From: a virus
Lineage: Duplodnaviria; Caudoviricetes
DNA: 64,000 nt
Virus record (IMG/VR): IMGVR_UViG_3300043442_000893
Coordinates: 11,296 to 75,295 of that record
Reading direction: 5' to 3' (one strand)
The position numbers were made by a program, and so were the translations under genes. Every line of letters starts with the position of its first letter. The stretch's first letter is position 1. Positions 1 to 7,842 of the stretch are shown here, one piece after another. Below the pieces are notes generated by a model that worked only from the letters and a program-made list of their open reading frames with translations, searched no databases and was not told where the DNA came from.

Positions 1-523
1 TGTCGAAGAATTGTTCGCGAGAAAGATTGAAAACTTTCTTGCCATCGTAAAGAGTCCAGCCTTGAGGACCGCCGAAATCGGCAACGATCATGATGATGTA
101 AATCAAGGAAGTAAGAAGCTTTCTGAAAAAAGTGTTGAGAACAGGACTGGCCTGAAATTCTTCCTGAGATCAGAAGCTTGCCTGCACAGCATAAAGGCGA
201 AATCTTGGTTGAAACTCCCAGTGTTAGTACGCTGAAAGCAAGTCCGAAGGACGCAGCTTGAAGCGTTTCCAGAGATCTCAGACGATTGGCCAGATCAATG
301 GAGACGCACTAAGGCGTCGGAATGATGCGCCAATAAAAGCAAGCGCTAACGATTCGCGCATTCCTTCTTTGCATCGCTCTTAATGCCAGAAAGCGGCCCC
401 TTTAAGGGCCGCTGCTCAGAAGATAAAGATTGAAACCAATGATTTTTCGCTTTTCCCGCAGCGACGCATAGTAATCGCGATCCATCACATGGGATCTGGA
501 TCAGCCCTGGGTGTTTCGCCGCT

Positions 524-656
524 TGTCTGGAGCGTTCCGCCCTTTTGGGGGCTCCACTCGGTCAGGAGACGCGGCTTGTTTGGCCTTTGTCAGTAGACGC
601 TCCGTCCCTTTGGGGGACTCCGCTTGCTTGAGGCTTTGGCTTAAGGAGCGTCGTCT
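524..656 (-). repeat. Two tandem copies of a noncoding element, (A/T)GAC(G/A)A..AAGCC..G(C/T)GGAG-CCCCC-AAA-GGG-CGGA(A/G)CG; inverted homologues at 59270-59457
   Basis: Reverse complement of 524-559 (GAGTGGAGCCCCCAAAAGGGCGGAACGCTCCAGACA) matches 59423-59457 with 1 gap and 2 mismatches; second unit at 595-656. Confidence 0.8.
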
Positions 657-885
657 AGCTGCGGAGCGCTCTCAGTGTCTGTTAGCAGCTCCGCTAAGGC
701 TATCGTATCTCGCACTGTGGCTTAAATGTGGCATTTTTGGTATCGTGGTGATACAAAAGTCCAAATTTCTTCCGTTTTTCTTAAGGATTCAATGGCAAGG
801 CGTGTTGAAAGCTGTATTTTGTATTAAAAACTACTTGCACAGTTTTTGATAGCGACTAGCGTTAAGTGATCTTCGCTAAAGCATC

Positions 886-1077
886 ATGTGGGGCCCGCCT
901 GATCGTCAACCATTTAATATTGGCCCGTATAAATTGTGGCCATGTTTTAGCAAGCCGGAGTTTCAATGGTTTGCTGCCATCAATGGTCAGCCTCATTATT
1001 TCCGCACCACTAATGAAGCCAAATTGTTCGTGAAGGACTTATTGGCAATGGATGACCCAGAGGGGCTTTGCGATTAA
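886..1077 (+). CDS. Hypothetical protein
   Basis: ATG ORF of 63 aa after an AT-rich promoter-like stretch, co-oriented with the RNR genes. Confidence 0.6.
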   Translation: MWGPPDRQPFNIGPYKLWPCFSKPEFQWFAAINGQPHYFRTTNEAKLFVKDLLAMDDPEGLCD

Positions 1078-1163
1078 AGCTTTCCTTTCTCTTTCCCATG
1101 GTCTTCTTGCGCTAGCCTGCCTTGGTTGATTCTCGGCCCGCGATGCGGGCCTTTTGTCGTCTT

Positions 1164-2609
1164 ATGAAGCTGAAGGAAAAGGCAAAATGTGAGCCGATTG
1201 CCCGTACTGGCAGGGTGCAGGATTGGCTGGACAGTCCTGATGGACGCCTGCCTGTGAGTTGCACGGTGTTCAACGTAGAAGATTCAATGGAAGGCGAAGA
1301 TGGCATTGAAGCGTCTTGGCGGTTTGTTAGCCATGGCTTGCGCAATGGTGCGGGGGTCGCTGTTCATTTGTCTTCTTTGCGCGAAAGGGGCGCTGAAAAT
1401 GGCAAAGGCTTGGTGGCAAGCGGGCCAGTAAGTTTTGGAAAGATTTATTCCACGCTTAATGAGATTTTGCGTAGGGGTGGTTTGTATAAAAACGGGGCTG
1501 TAGTGCTGCATCTTGACTATACGCATCCTGATGCCATTGAATTTGTTAATGCTTCGCGCAGCGAACTTCCTTGGGTGAAGCGCTGCTTGAATGTTGATGA
1601 CAATTTTCTTTCCGCATCGTCTCCCGAGTTGATTAATGCCTGTCTTCGTTCCATCTCTTCTGGCGATCTCTGGCTCAACAAAATCCGCTACAACAATCGT
1701 GGAGAACGCATCCGCGCCAATGTCTGCTTGGAAGTTTATCTTCCGCATCGTGGTACTTGTCTGCTTCAGCACGTTAATCTGGGCGCATGCACGCTGGGCA
1801 ACATTCAGGGAGCTTTTATTGAAGGCATGATGCAGCTTTGCGAGCTGCATTCCAAAACTGGCGTTGGTGACACTGGGGAATATCTTCCTGCTTCCATTGA
1901 TAGGCAAATTGGCTTGGGCGTACTGGGCTTAGCTAATTTCCTTGCCATTCAAGGGATTAGCTACGAAGATTTTGGCAATGCCTTGGAAGCTTATCTTGCT
2001 GAGGATCCTCGCGCATGGGATGATTTCTGGAAAGGCACCATTTCTGGCGAAGCAGTGTGGCAAATCGACCAAGGCATTCAGAAGGCTGCGGAGATTGCTC
2101 GTGAGCATGAAATGGAACGTGCCTTCTGCATTGCTCCCACTGCATCGTGTTCCTATCGCTATCTGGACACCAGGGGCTTCACAACTGCTCCTGAAATTGC
2201 CCCTCCCATTGCTCGCACTGTTGATCGTGACTCGGGCACATTTGGCGTGGAAAGCTTTGACTATGGCGATGTAGAAACTGCTGCTGAAGTGGGCTGGGAA
2301 GCTTTCTATAAAGTTGCTAATGGCCTAGTGAAGCTGTATCAACGCACAGGCCTTTTCCATGGTTATTCATTTAATTCATGGTCAGATGTGGTCATTTATG
2401 ACGAAGCATTCTTGCGCTCTTGGCTAGAATCTTCTCAGACGAGCCTCTATTACAGCTTGCAAGTCCTGCCTGATACTCAGCGCAAGGACGACGCATACGC
2501 TGCGTTGGATGATGACTTTAAGAGCATGTTTGGCCTCGATGAAGAGGCTGATCAGGATTCTGCGTCTTGTTCCGTAGAGGCTGGATTCTGCGCTGCTTGC
2601 GCCGAATGA
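1164..2609 (+). CDS. nrdA: Ribonucleotide reductase alpha subunit, minimal cyanophage type (Cyano-SP / class 0 clade)
   Basis: IARTGRVQ N-terminus, VSC, catalytic NVCLE (N-x-C-x-E), APTASCS, SLYY, C-terminal CAAC; no ATP cone; ATG at 1164 is in frame with ORF 1122. Confidence 0.93.
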   Translation: MKLKEKAKCEPIARTGRVQDWLDSPDGRLPVSCTVFNVEDSMEGEDGIEASWRFVSHGLRNGAGVAVHLSSLRERGAENGKGLVASGPVSFGKIYSTLNEILRRGGLYKNGAVVLHLDYTHPDAIEFVNASRSELPWVKRCLNVDDNFLSASSPELINACLRSISSGDLWLNKIRYNNRGERIRANVCLEVYLPHRGTCLLQHVNLGACTLGNIQGAFIEGMMQLCELHSKTGVGDTGEYLPASIDRQIGLGVLGLANFLAIQGISYEDFGNALEAYLAEDPRAWDDFWKGTISGEAVWQIDQGIQKAAEIAREHEMERAFCIAPTASCSYRYLDTRGFTTAPEIAPPIARTVDRDSGTFGVESFDYGDVETAAEVGWEAFYKVANGLVKLYQRTGLFHGYSFNSWSDVVIYDEAFLRSWLESSQTSLYYSLQVLPDTQRKDDAYAALDDDFKSMFGLDEEADQDSASCSVEAGFCAACAE

Positions 2610-2638
2610 AAAAGAAGGGGCCAGAAGGCCCCTTTCTC
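2610..2638. terminator. Intrinsic terminator-like hairpin
   Basis: AAGGGGCC-agaa-GGCCCCTT flanked by A-rich and pyrimidine tracts. Confidence 0.6.
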
Positions 2639-2669
2639 CTCACACACCACGAAGACTTTATCACAAAAA

Positions 2670-3407
2670 ATGACTACTGCAGTAAAGAGCCCCTATCTGG
2701 ACACCATTGCTAAAAAACGTCCCTGGCAGGCCGTTCCTGTGGGCAAGGGAGCTGTAGTCGAAGGCAGCGAAGAAACGCTGTTTAAGGCGCTTGCGCTGCG
2801 TCATCTGGAGCTTCCCGTCAAGGACTTTCTGCAGCAAGGCCTAGAGCGTGATCTCCCTTCCACTCATGGCGTGGTCGAAGCGCTGGAATCCAATATGGAG
2901 GACGAAGAGCGCCACGATCAGGCCCTTAACTACATCGCTGCTGTGCATGGCGTAGACGAGAAGGCGGAAAGCGATGTGTTGAACATCTTGAAAGTCTGGA
3001 ACGAGCATCCTGCTCATCCAGTGCATAAAGCTGCCATTCTTGAGCGCTCTATTTTCTTTGTTGCATTGCCCTTCTTCCGCCAGAATGGCGACATGGGCAT
3101 GCGCACTGTTAGCGCTGACATTAGCCGCGATGAAAGGGTGCATACGGCCATCCATGGCATGGTTAGCAAAGAGCTGAATCAGGAAGACTCTGTAAGCCTG
3201 AACAAGCTTCGTGCCGCCACCGCTGCATGGCTGTTTGAAAAGCTGGGCACTAATGAAAACAAGTGGCTGGATAAGGATTTTTGGATGCGTTCATCTGAAA
3301 GTCTGTTCTTCACTGGCAAGGCCCCTGGAATGATGGAAACACGGCGAGCACGGCAAATTGCTTTCTTTGAAGCGCCAAACTATGACCTCCCGTCCTACGG
3401 ACGCTAA
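2670..3407 (+). CDS. nrdB: Ferritin-like RNR beta subunit
   Basis: Di-metal ligand pattern LELP / DEERH / LERS / DERVH; directly downstream of alpha. Confidence 0.85.
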   Translation: MTTAVKSPYLDTIAKKRPWQAVPVGKGAVVEGSEETLFKALALRHLELPVKDFLQQGLERDLPSTHGVVEALESNMEDEERHDQALNYIAAVHGVDEKAESDVLNILKVWNEHPAHPVHKAAILERSIFFVALPFFRQNGDMGMRTVSADISRDERVHTAIHGMVSKELNQEDSVSLNKLRAATAAWLFEKLGTNENKWLDKDFWMRSSESLFFTGKAPGMMETRRARQIAFFEAPNYDLPSYGR

Positions 3408-3429
3408 AAATCAAGGCCACAACTAAAAG

Positions 3430-3473
3430 AAGCGGATGCTAGTATTTTTACTGGCGTCCGCTTTTTATTTTTT
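3430..3473 (+). terminator. Long hairpin plus T tract immediately upstream of the endonuclease start
   Basis: AAGCGGATGCTAGTA-tttt-TACTGGCGTCCGCTT followed by T-rich run. Confidence 0.7.
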
Positions 3474-3475
3474 GA

Positions 3476-3988
3476 ATGAAACAGTGTATTAAGTGTGGCG
3501 TTTTAAAAGAGCCTCGCGAGTTCTACAAGGAAAAGCGAGTGGTAGATGGGCTCACTGCTCGATGCAAATCTTGCATGAAAAGCGATGCTTCTATGAGTTA
3601 CTCGGACAGGAAGGAAGAGGTAGCGGCTAGAAACAAGGAAAACTATTGCTCCCGCAAGGCGAAGGACAAGGCTTTGCGTAATAACTATGGAATCACGCTA
3701 AGGCAATGGGAAAATATTTTTGATAGCCAAGGGTGCAAGTGTGCGATTTGCGGAAGCACAGAGCCTAATCATGCGAGTGGACAGTTTGTTGTTGACCATT
3801 GCCACGAATTTGGTCAAGTGAGAGGAATTTTATGCGGACATTGCAATATCATGCTCGGACATGCGAAAGACGACATCAACACTCTCTTCGCAGCCGCGAT
3901 GTATTTAGTGAATAACTCCACCCCCGAATCAATCCAAGAACGAAAAGCGAAGCTTAAAGAGCTAAACGAGAACTTTGCGCTATATTGA
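3476..3988 (+). CDS. Endonuclease VII-family (HNH-like) endonuclease, probably homing type
   Basis: N-terminal CxxC..CxxC; YGIT; QGCKCAICG; VVDHCH; VRGILCGHCN. Confidence 0.9.
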   Translation: MKQCIKCGVLKEPREFYKEKRVVDGLTARCKSCMKSDASMSYSDRKEEVAARNKENYCSRKAKDKALRNNYGITLRQWENIFDSQGCKCAICGSTEPNHASGQFVVDHCHEFGQVRGILCGHCNIMLGHAKDDINTLFAAAMYLVNNSTPESIQERKAKLKELNENFALY

Positions 3989-3994
3989 CCAAGT

Positions 3995-4168
3995 TCCCGC
4001 TCTGCATTAGCATCGGGCTGATAGAGCTTAAGCCTCTGAAGCGATTAGCACTTGTTAATCGCTTCACGCTTAAGCCATCATTTCGCCCCCAAGCTTAGCT
4101 CTCGGACGGAAACCAATTTGTTGGCGCCAACAAAATGGTCTCTAGAGATGATGCTCAAACAGGGGGCT
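3995..4168 (+). ncRNA. Putative structured noncoding RNA, family not recognised
   Basis: Nested stems 4026-4075, 4085-4167 and 4112-4139; TATATT -10-like box at 3981-3986; no credible ORF. Confidence 0.55.
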
Positions 4169-4171
4169 TCT

Positions 4172-4239
4172 GGCCCTGAAGTGTTGGCACACGTCATGCA
4201 GATAGCATGGAATACTGGGTTCGATTCCCAGCAGCGCCT
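4172..4239 (+). tRNA. Degenerate tRNA-like element, nominal anticodon GAT (Ile)
   Basis: Acceptor GGCCCTG/CAGCGCC (one C:C mismatch); D arm GTGT-tggc-ACAC; anticodon arm TCATG-cagatag-CATGG; T arm CTGGG-ttcgatt-CCCAG. Confidence 0.6.
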
Positions 4240-4254
4240 TTTCTCCATTGAACC

Positions 4255-4830
4255 ATGAGTGCCTTCGTCATCGCAGACACGCATTTTGGCCACGCCAAAA
4301 GCATTTCTTTCGTGCGTCCTGATGGCGAATTGCTGCGTCCATTTTCTTCTGTAGAAGAAATGGACGAAACAATGGTGGAACGATGGAATGAGAAAGTAGG
4401 CAAGCGCGATACGATTTACCATCTCGGTGACGTAGTCATTCCTCGTGCAAGTTTGAAGATTCTTGATCGCCTTAATGGACGCAAGATTCTCATTCGCGGG
4501 AATCATGACATTGGACCATTGAAAGACTTTTCTAAATATTTCGAGGACGTGCGAGGAGCTTTCTTTCATAATGGCGATTCGACTATGCGTGGCGGATTGA
4601 TCTTCACTCATATCCCCGTGCATCCAGCATGTTTATCGGGGCATTATTTAGGCAATGTTCACGGGCATTTGCATTGCCACCAAGTTTTTAATGAAAAAGG
4701 AGAAATTGATAAGCGTTATTACAATGCTTGTGTGGAAAGGAATGATTTCGCTCCAGTAGCATTTGAAGAGATAAAAGCCTTCTTCAAGGGCCATGACGGA
4801 ACGCAGGACTTTCAACACGCCCCTGCGTGA
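4255..4830 (+). CDS. Calcineurin-like metallophosphoesterase
   Basis: DTHFGH, HLGD, GNHD, THIP, HGHLH motifs. Confidence 0.92.
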   Translation: MSAFVIADTHFGHAKSISFVRPDGELLRPFSSVEEMDETMVERWNEKVGKRDTIYHLGDVVIPRASLKILDRLNGRKILIRGNHDIGPLKDFSKYFEDVRGAFFHNGDSTMRGGLIFTHIPVHPACLSGHYLGNVHGHLHCHQVFNEKGEIDKRYYNACVERNDFAPVAFEEIKAFFKGHDGTQDFQHAPA

Positions 4831-5035
4831 GCCATTGAATCCAATTATTTACCAATCCTTGCGAGCCATTGATTGGCACAATGCTCAATATTTTCTCACC
4901 ATGGACCAGTGGCATCTTGAAAAAGCTGCCATCATTAGACGGTATGTCAGTGAGCTGAAGGCTTGGATTTATGAGCAGGAGGAACGCATGGAGAATCTGG
5001 GCGAAGGCGTTAGGAGAGAAAGCGAGCAAGCATGA
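4793..5035 (+). CDS. Hypothetical phage protein
   Basis: ATG ORF of 80 aa overlapping neighbours in an operon. Confidence 0.65.
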   Translation: MTERRTFNTPLREPLNPIIYQSLRAIDWHNAQYFLTMDQWHLEKAAIIRRYVSELKAWIYEQEERMENLGEGVRRESEQA

Positions 5036-5180
5036 TCACGAAGCAGACAAAGTGGCGCTCATTCGTACGCTCATCTTTGCATCGTATTTAATCACCAACG
5101 TTGCCATTGTTGCTAATGCAGTTAGGCATTGGGAAAAAGAAAGGCCCGCCGAAGCGGGCCAATGTGCTCAGAACCAATGA
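4971..5180 (+). CDS. Conserved cyanophage small membrane protein
   Basis: WRIWAKALGEKA..EADKVALIRT motif plus a hydrophobic helix. Confidence 0.7.
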   Translation: MSRRNAWRIWAKALGEKASKHDHEADKVALIRTLIFASYLITNVAIVANAVRHWEKERPAEAGQCAQNQ

Positions 5181-5287
5181 GGTTTAGGCACGTAAGCAAC
5201 GCCGCGATAGACGAGGCTTGCCATTTGTGCTTCACGCAGACGAGCTGCTTTCTCAAGCTGCTGCTTGATAAGGGCGAGTGGGTTCAT
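5168..5287 (-). CDS. DUF4278-like downstream peptide (39 aa)
   Basis: MNPLALIKQQLEKAARLREAQMASLVYRGVAYVPKPHWF; L-x-YRGVAY signature; directly after the riboswitch. Confidence 0.85.
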   Translation of the reverse strand: MNPLALIKQQLEKAARLREAQMASLVYRGVAYVPKPHWF

Positions 5288-5304
5288 GATGGTTCCCGAT
5301 GATG

Positions 5305-5357
5305 CAGGCCCCCGTTCCGTGGCTTGCGAGTCATGCGCCCCTTGCGGGGTGAACGTA
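5305..5357 (-). promoter_or_regulatory. Glutamine-II riboswitch (Downstream-peptide RNA motif)
   Basis: Minus strand reads CGTTCACCCC-gcaa-GGGGCGCATGACTCGCAAGCCACGGAACGGGGG, fitting the CGUUCA...GCGCA..GACU...GGAACG pattern, upstream of a YRG peptide. Confidence 0.85.
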
Positions 5358-5374
5358 CCATCAGTGTAGCAAAG

Positions 5375-5448
5375 TGCCCGAAGCAGGATTTGAACCTGCG
5401 CTGGAGGACTTTTAAGGTCCTGGCCTCTTCCAATTGGGCTACTCGGGC
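5375..5448 (-). tRNA. trnL: tRNA-Leu (TAA) with short variable loop
   Basis: GCCCGAG/TTCGGGC acceptor; D loop with GG; AGGAC-cttaaaa-GTCCT; GCAGG-ttcaaat-CCTGC; discriminator A; CCA not encoded. Confidence 0.88.
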
Positions 5449-5460
5449 AGATGAAGTTGA

Positions 5461-5552
5461 GGGCGTCGGGCGGGGCTTCAATCCGCCTTGTACGACATTT
5501 CAGAACGGGTTGGCCCGTTCCCCTCTTCCCCTGGTACGAAACAATGGCGCCT
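5461..5552 (-). ncRNA. Putative tRNA-like or tmRNA-TLD-like structured RNA
   Basis: Imperfect GGCG../..CGCC closing stem, GGAACGGG-ccaa-CCCGTTCT hairpin, T-arm-like GGCGG..CCGCC; about 12 nt upstream of tRNA-Leu. Confidence 0.4.
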
Positions 5553-5632
5553 GAAACCATTATTCCTTGTTGAACTAACGCTGGCCAGCGTGCTTCGCGA
5601 AAGCTTCAAAAGCATAGCATGGCTTTTGCTAG

Positions 5633-5878
5633 TCAAACGTCATATTCTCTTAAGGAAGCGTTCTCGGGGAAAAATCCATCGTTTGCGTCGTAAGCCTGCT
5701 CCAAGGTTTCAATTTGCTTCAAGCGTTTTACATGGGCTTGGAGCTTCGGAAGGAGCGTCGGAACGTAGAGATGTTCAGCAGCAAGAAGCTGCAAGGCGGT
5801 TTGTCTATTGGAGCTCCCGCATTCAAGCAAAGAAATAAGAAACCTTGCCTCCTGCATAGTTAATTCGCTGTTCTTCAT
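5633..5878 (-). CDS. Hypothetical protein
   Basis: ATG ORF of 81 aa downstream of TerL on the same strand. Confidence 0.65.
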   Translation of the reverse strand: MKNSELTMQEARFLISLLECGSSNRQTALQLLAAEHLYVPTLLPKLQAHVKRLKQIETLEQAYDANDGFFPENASLREYDV

Positions 5879-5909
5879 TTCATGGGAGAACTATTGTTTG
5901 AAAATCATA

Positions 5910-7277
5910 CTAAGAGATGAGGCTTTCAATCCAGCCAATGTCATCGTCTTTGCTGGCGGCAAGAATTGCACCTGCCATTGCAAACGCCAAGTCGTCAATT
6001 CCCGATGCTTTGCCGCCAGTAACGCTCCATTGTCCGCTTGGTTTGTAAACCACTGTGAGATTCTTTAGTTGCATAATTGCTTTCTCGTGGCGATAGACAT
6101 TAATTTGACCTGCATTGAACAATTCGCGCATCTTGCTAAATGCTTTCATTTTGGAACTGACTGTCCAAGTGAGCTCCGTGATGGGCAAATCACTAGACAG
6201 GCTTTGAATGGTGCCAGCGCTATTGAACTGGTCCATCACAATCGTGTCAAACACATACAGACGATGTTGCTCCTTAATCCAATCTTCCACTGCATTGATA
6301 TTCACTTCCATCCTTCCATTGATTTCAAAATCAGCCATGAACGAATGGAACTTATCAACAACTAACGTGCCGTTCTCATAGTGAACAATACAAGCAGTGT
6401 AGTCGTCACGACCAACGCCACCACGGGCGGGGTCCAGGGCAAGTACATAGGCCCCTTGGAATTCAGGGCGTGGTGGTAGAGCCGCTCTACGGTCATCAAT
6501 ACAGGCGTCAATAACATCGCTTGCAACGAGGGCTGAAAGATTGCTTGCGAATTGCGCCCCATACTCAACTTTAAATTTCTCTGGATCGCGCTGACGCTCT
6601 GTGTCAAGAAACTCTTGCGAAATGCTTGGGTTCATCTCCCATGTTGGGAGATTCACCGCTTGCATGAAAGGGAAACGGCCGGAGCTTGCTTCCTTGAAAT
6701 GCTGGTAGAAAATACCGTCTGTCAACCATGGTGAGGAGAGTTCGAGGATGCGTCCTTTCCCTCCGAACTGGGCAATGGCAGGAGAAAGTGCGTCGTAAAT
6801 GCCACGACCACCACTGTTTGCATCGCCTTCAGTGGCAAAGGCAAGCTCGTCAAACACTGCGCCTGCGCAAGCAAGGCCACGAGCAGCACGGCCTGAAGTG
6901 GGGATGGCCTTGAATACGCAGTTATTGCTCAGTTCAATGATGTCGGCAGTTTCGCGGACAATTTCTTGAGCGAAAGGGCTATCAAGAATGAGCTGGCGAA
7001 TGTTATTGAGAGCAATGCGGGCCTGGTCCTGACTGTTTGCTACGGTCACGATGTACCATTTCTCGCCTTTCCTCACTCGCCGCCGATATTCATCTTCCAG
7101 GACGAAGCACATATAGACGCAGGCCACTGCTGCCATAACAGTTTTGCCTGATCGTCGTCCAAGAGCCCACACTGCATGGCTCTTATCTGGCTGGAAGAAA
7201 TTATCAAGGATTTTTGCCTGCTGTGGATAGAGATCCAGCTTGAGAGCGTGCTTGGAAAAGTCAGAACATTTCAGCAT
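5910..7277 (-). CDS. terL: Terminase large subunit
   Basis: Q motif (LYPQQ), Walker A GRRSGKT, Walker B VFDE, SSP coupling motif, nuclease ALDPA and DDLAFA. Confidence 0.93.
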   Translation of the reverse strand: MLKCSDFSKHALKLDLYPQQAKILDNFFQPDKSHAVWALGRRSGKTVMAAVACVYMCFVLEDEYRRRVRKGEKWYIVTVANSQDQARIALNNIRQLILDSPFAQEIVRETADIIELSNNCVFKAIPTSGRAARGLACAGAVFDELAFATEGDANSGGRGIYDALSPAIAQFGGKGRILELSSPWLTDGIFYQHFKEASSGRFPFMQAVNLPTWEMNPSISQEFLDTERQRDPEKFKVEYGAQFASNLSALVASDVIDACIDDRRAALPPRPEFQGAYVLALDPARGGVGRDDYTACIVHYENGTLVVDKFHSFMADFEINGRMEVNINAVEDWIKEQHRLYVFDTIVMDQFNSAGTIQSLSSDLPITELTWTVSSKMKAFSKMRELFNAGQINVYRHEKAIMQLKNLTVVYKPSGQWSVTGGKASGIDDLAFAMAGAILAASKDDDIGWIESLIS

Positions 7278-7767
7278 GGCGCAAGTCTATAAGAGGAAGC
7301 AATGCAGACTGAGGAACGAAATAAGCTGGTCTTCCGCCTGCAGGATCTTTCTTCCATTGTTCCTTCATGGCATCTTCACTCTTTATCCAACCATGGAGAA
7401 GAGTGATTTTGTTTTGAATTGTAACCAGCACTAAAGTTTTTCCGGGCTTCTCGTCTAGTTGGCAGATGAGATCATAGTCATGACGAGAGCGTGTTTTCAC
7501 GTCGATATTGGGAGGTAGATCAAAAGATCCGCGAATGGCTTCTGTTTCTTGATAGAGAAACTCCCGTAGATGGAGATAATCTGCCACTGCCAGTTCGCCC
7601 GCAGCGCCAAGCTTATGAAAGAACAAAGCCTTGTCACCATCTTTCGGGCCTCCATTGCGCCCTTTCAGGCCTTTTCTCTCATTGAAACGCTGCCTGCGCA
7701 TGGCTTCCGTCCGCACAAGCTCCTTGTCTTCCTCGCTGAAATGGAAAACAATGCCAAAGCTAGCCAT
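7261..7767 (-). CDS. Hypothetical protein, PD-(D/E)xK-like fold possible
   Basis: GELAVA...D..IDVKT motif; overlaps the TerL start. Confidence 0.65.
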   Translation of the reverse strand: MASFGIVFHFSEEDKELVRTEAMRRQRFNERKGLKGRNGGPKDGDKALFFHKLGAAGELAVADYLHLREFLYQETEAIRGSFDLPPNIDVKTRSRHDYDLICQLDEKPGKTLVLVTIQNKITLLHGWIKSEDAMKEQWKKDPAGGRPAYFVPQSALLPLIDLRHAEMF

Positions 7768-7842
7768 AGTGTGCATAAGCTACGTGACAATGTAGCCGGG
7801 TTCTAGAATAAAAGCAACACATCATGGCCATAAATAAAGCTT

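Noticed and set aside
271-285. 15-bp exact match AGAGATCTCAGACGA with 59261-59275
   Set aside because: A single 15-mer match is expected by chance in 64 kb; not counted as independent evidence, although it overlaps the repeat locus
11-849. ORFs 11-235 and 511-849
   Set aside because: Non-ATG starts and no recognisable motifs; 511-849 lies over the hairpin/repeat elements, so the region is treated as noncoding
1164-2609. Class II (B12) RNR assignment
   Set aside because: The adjacent ferritin-like beta gene and the YY dyad argue against NrdJ
4018-4156. Canonical hammerhead ribozyme
   Set aside because: The core has insertions (CUGAUAGA; extra bases before GAAA) and a weak stem I; kept only as a hypothesis
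3410-4250. Group I intron carrying the EndoVII gene
   Set aside because: No interrupted host gene and no recognisable P7 or J8/7 core
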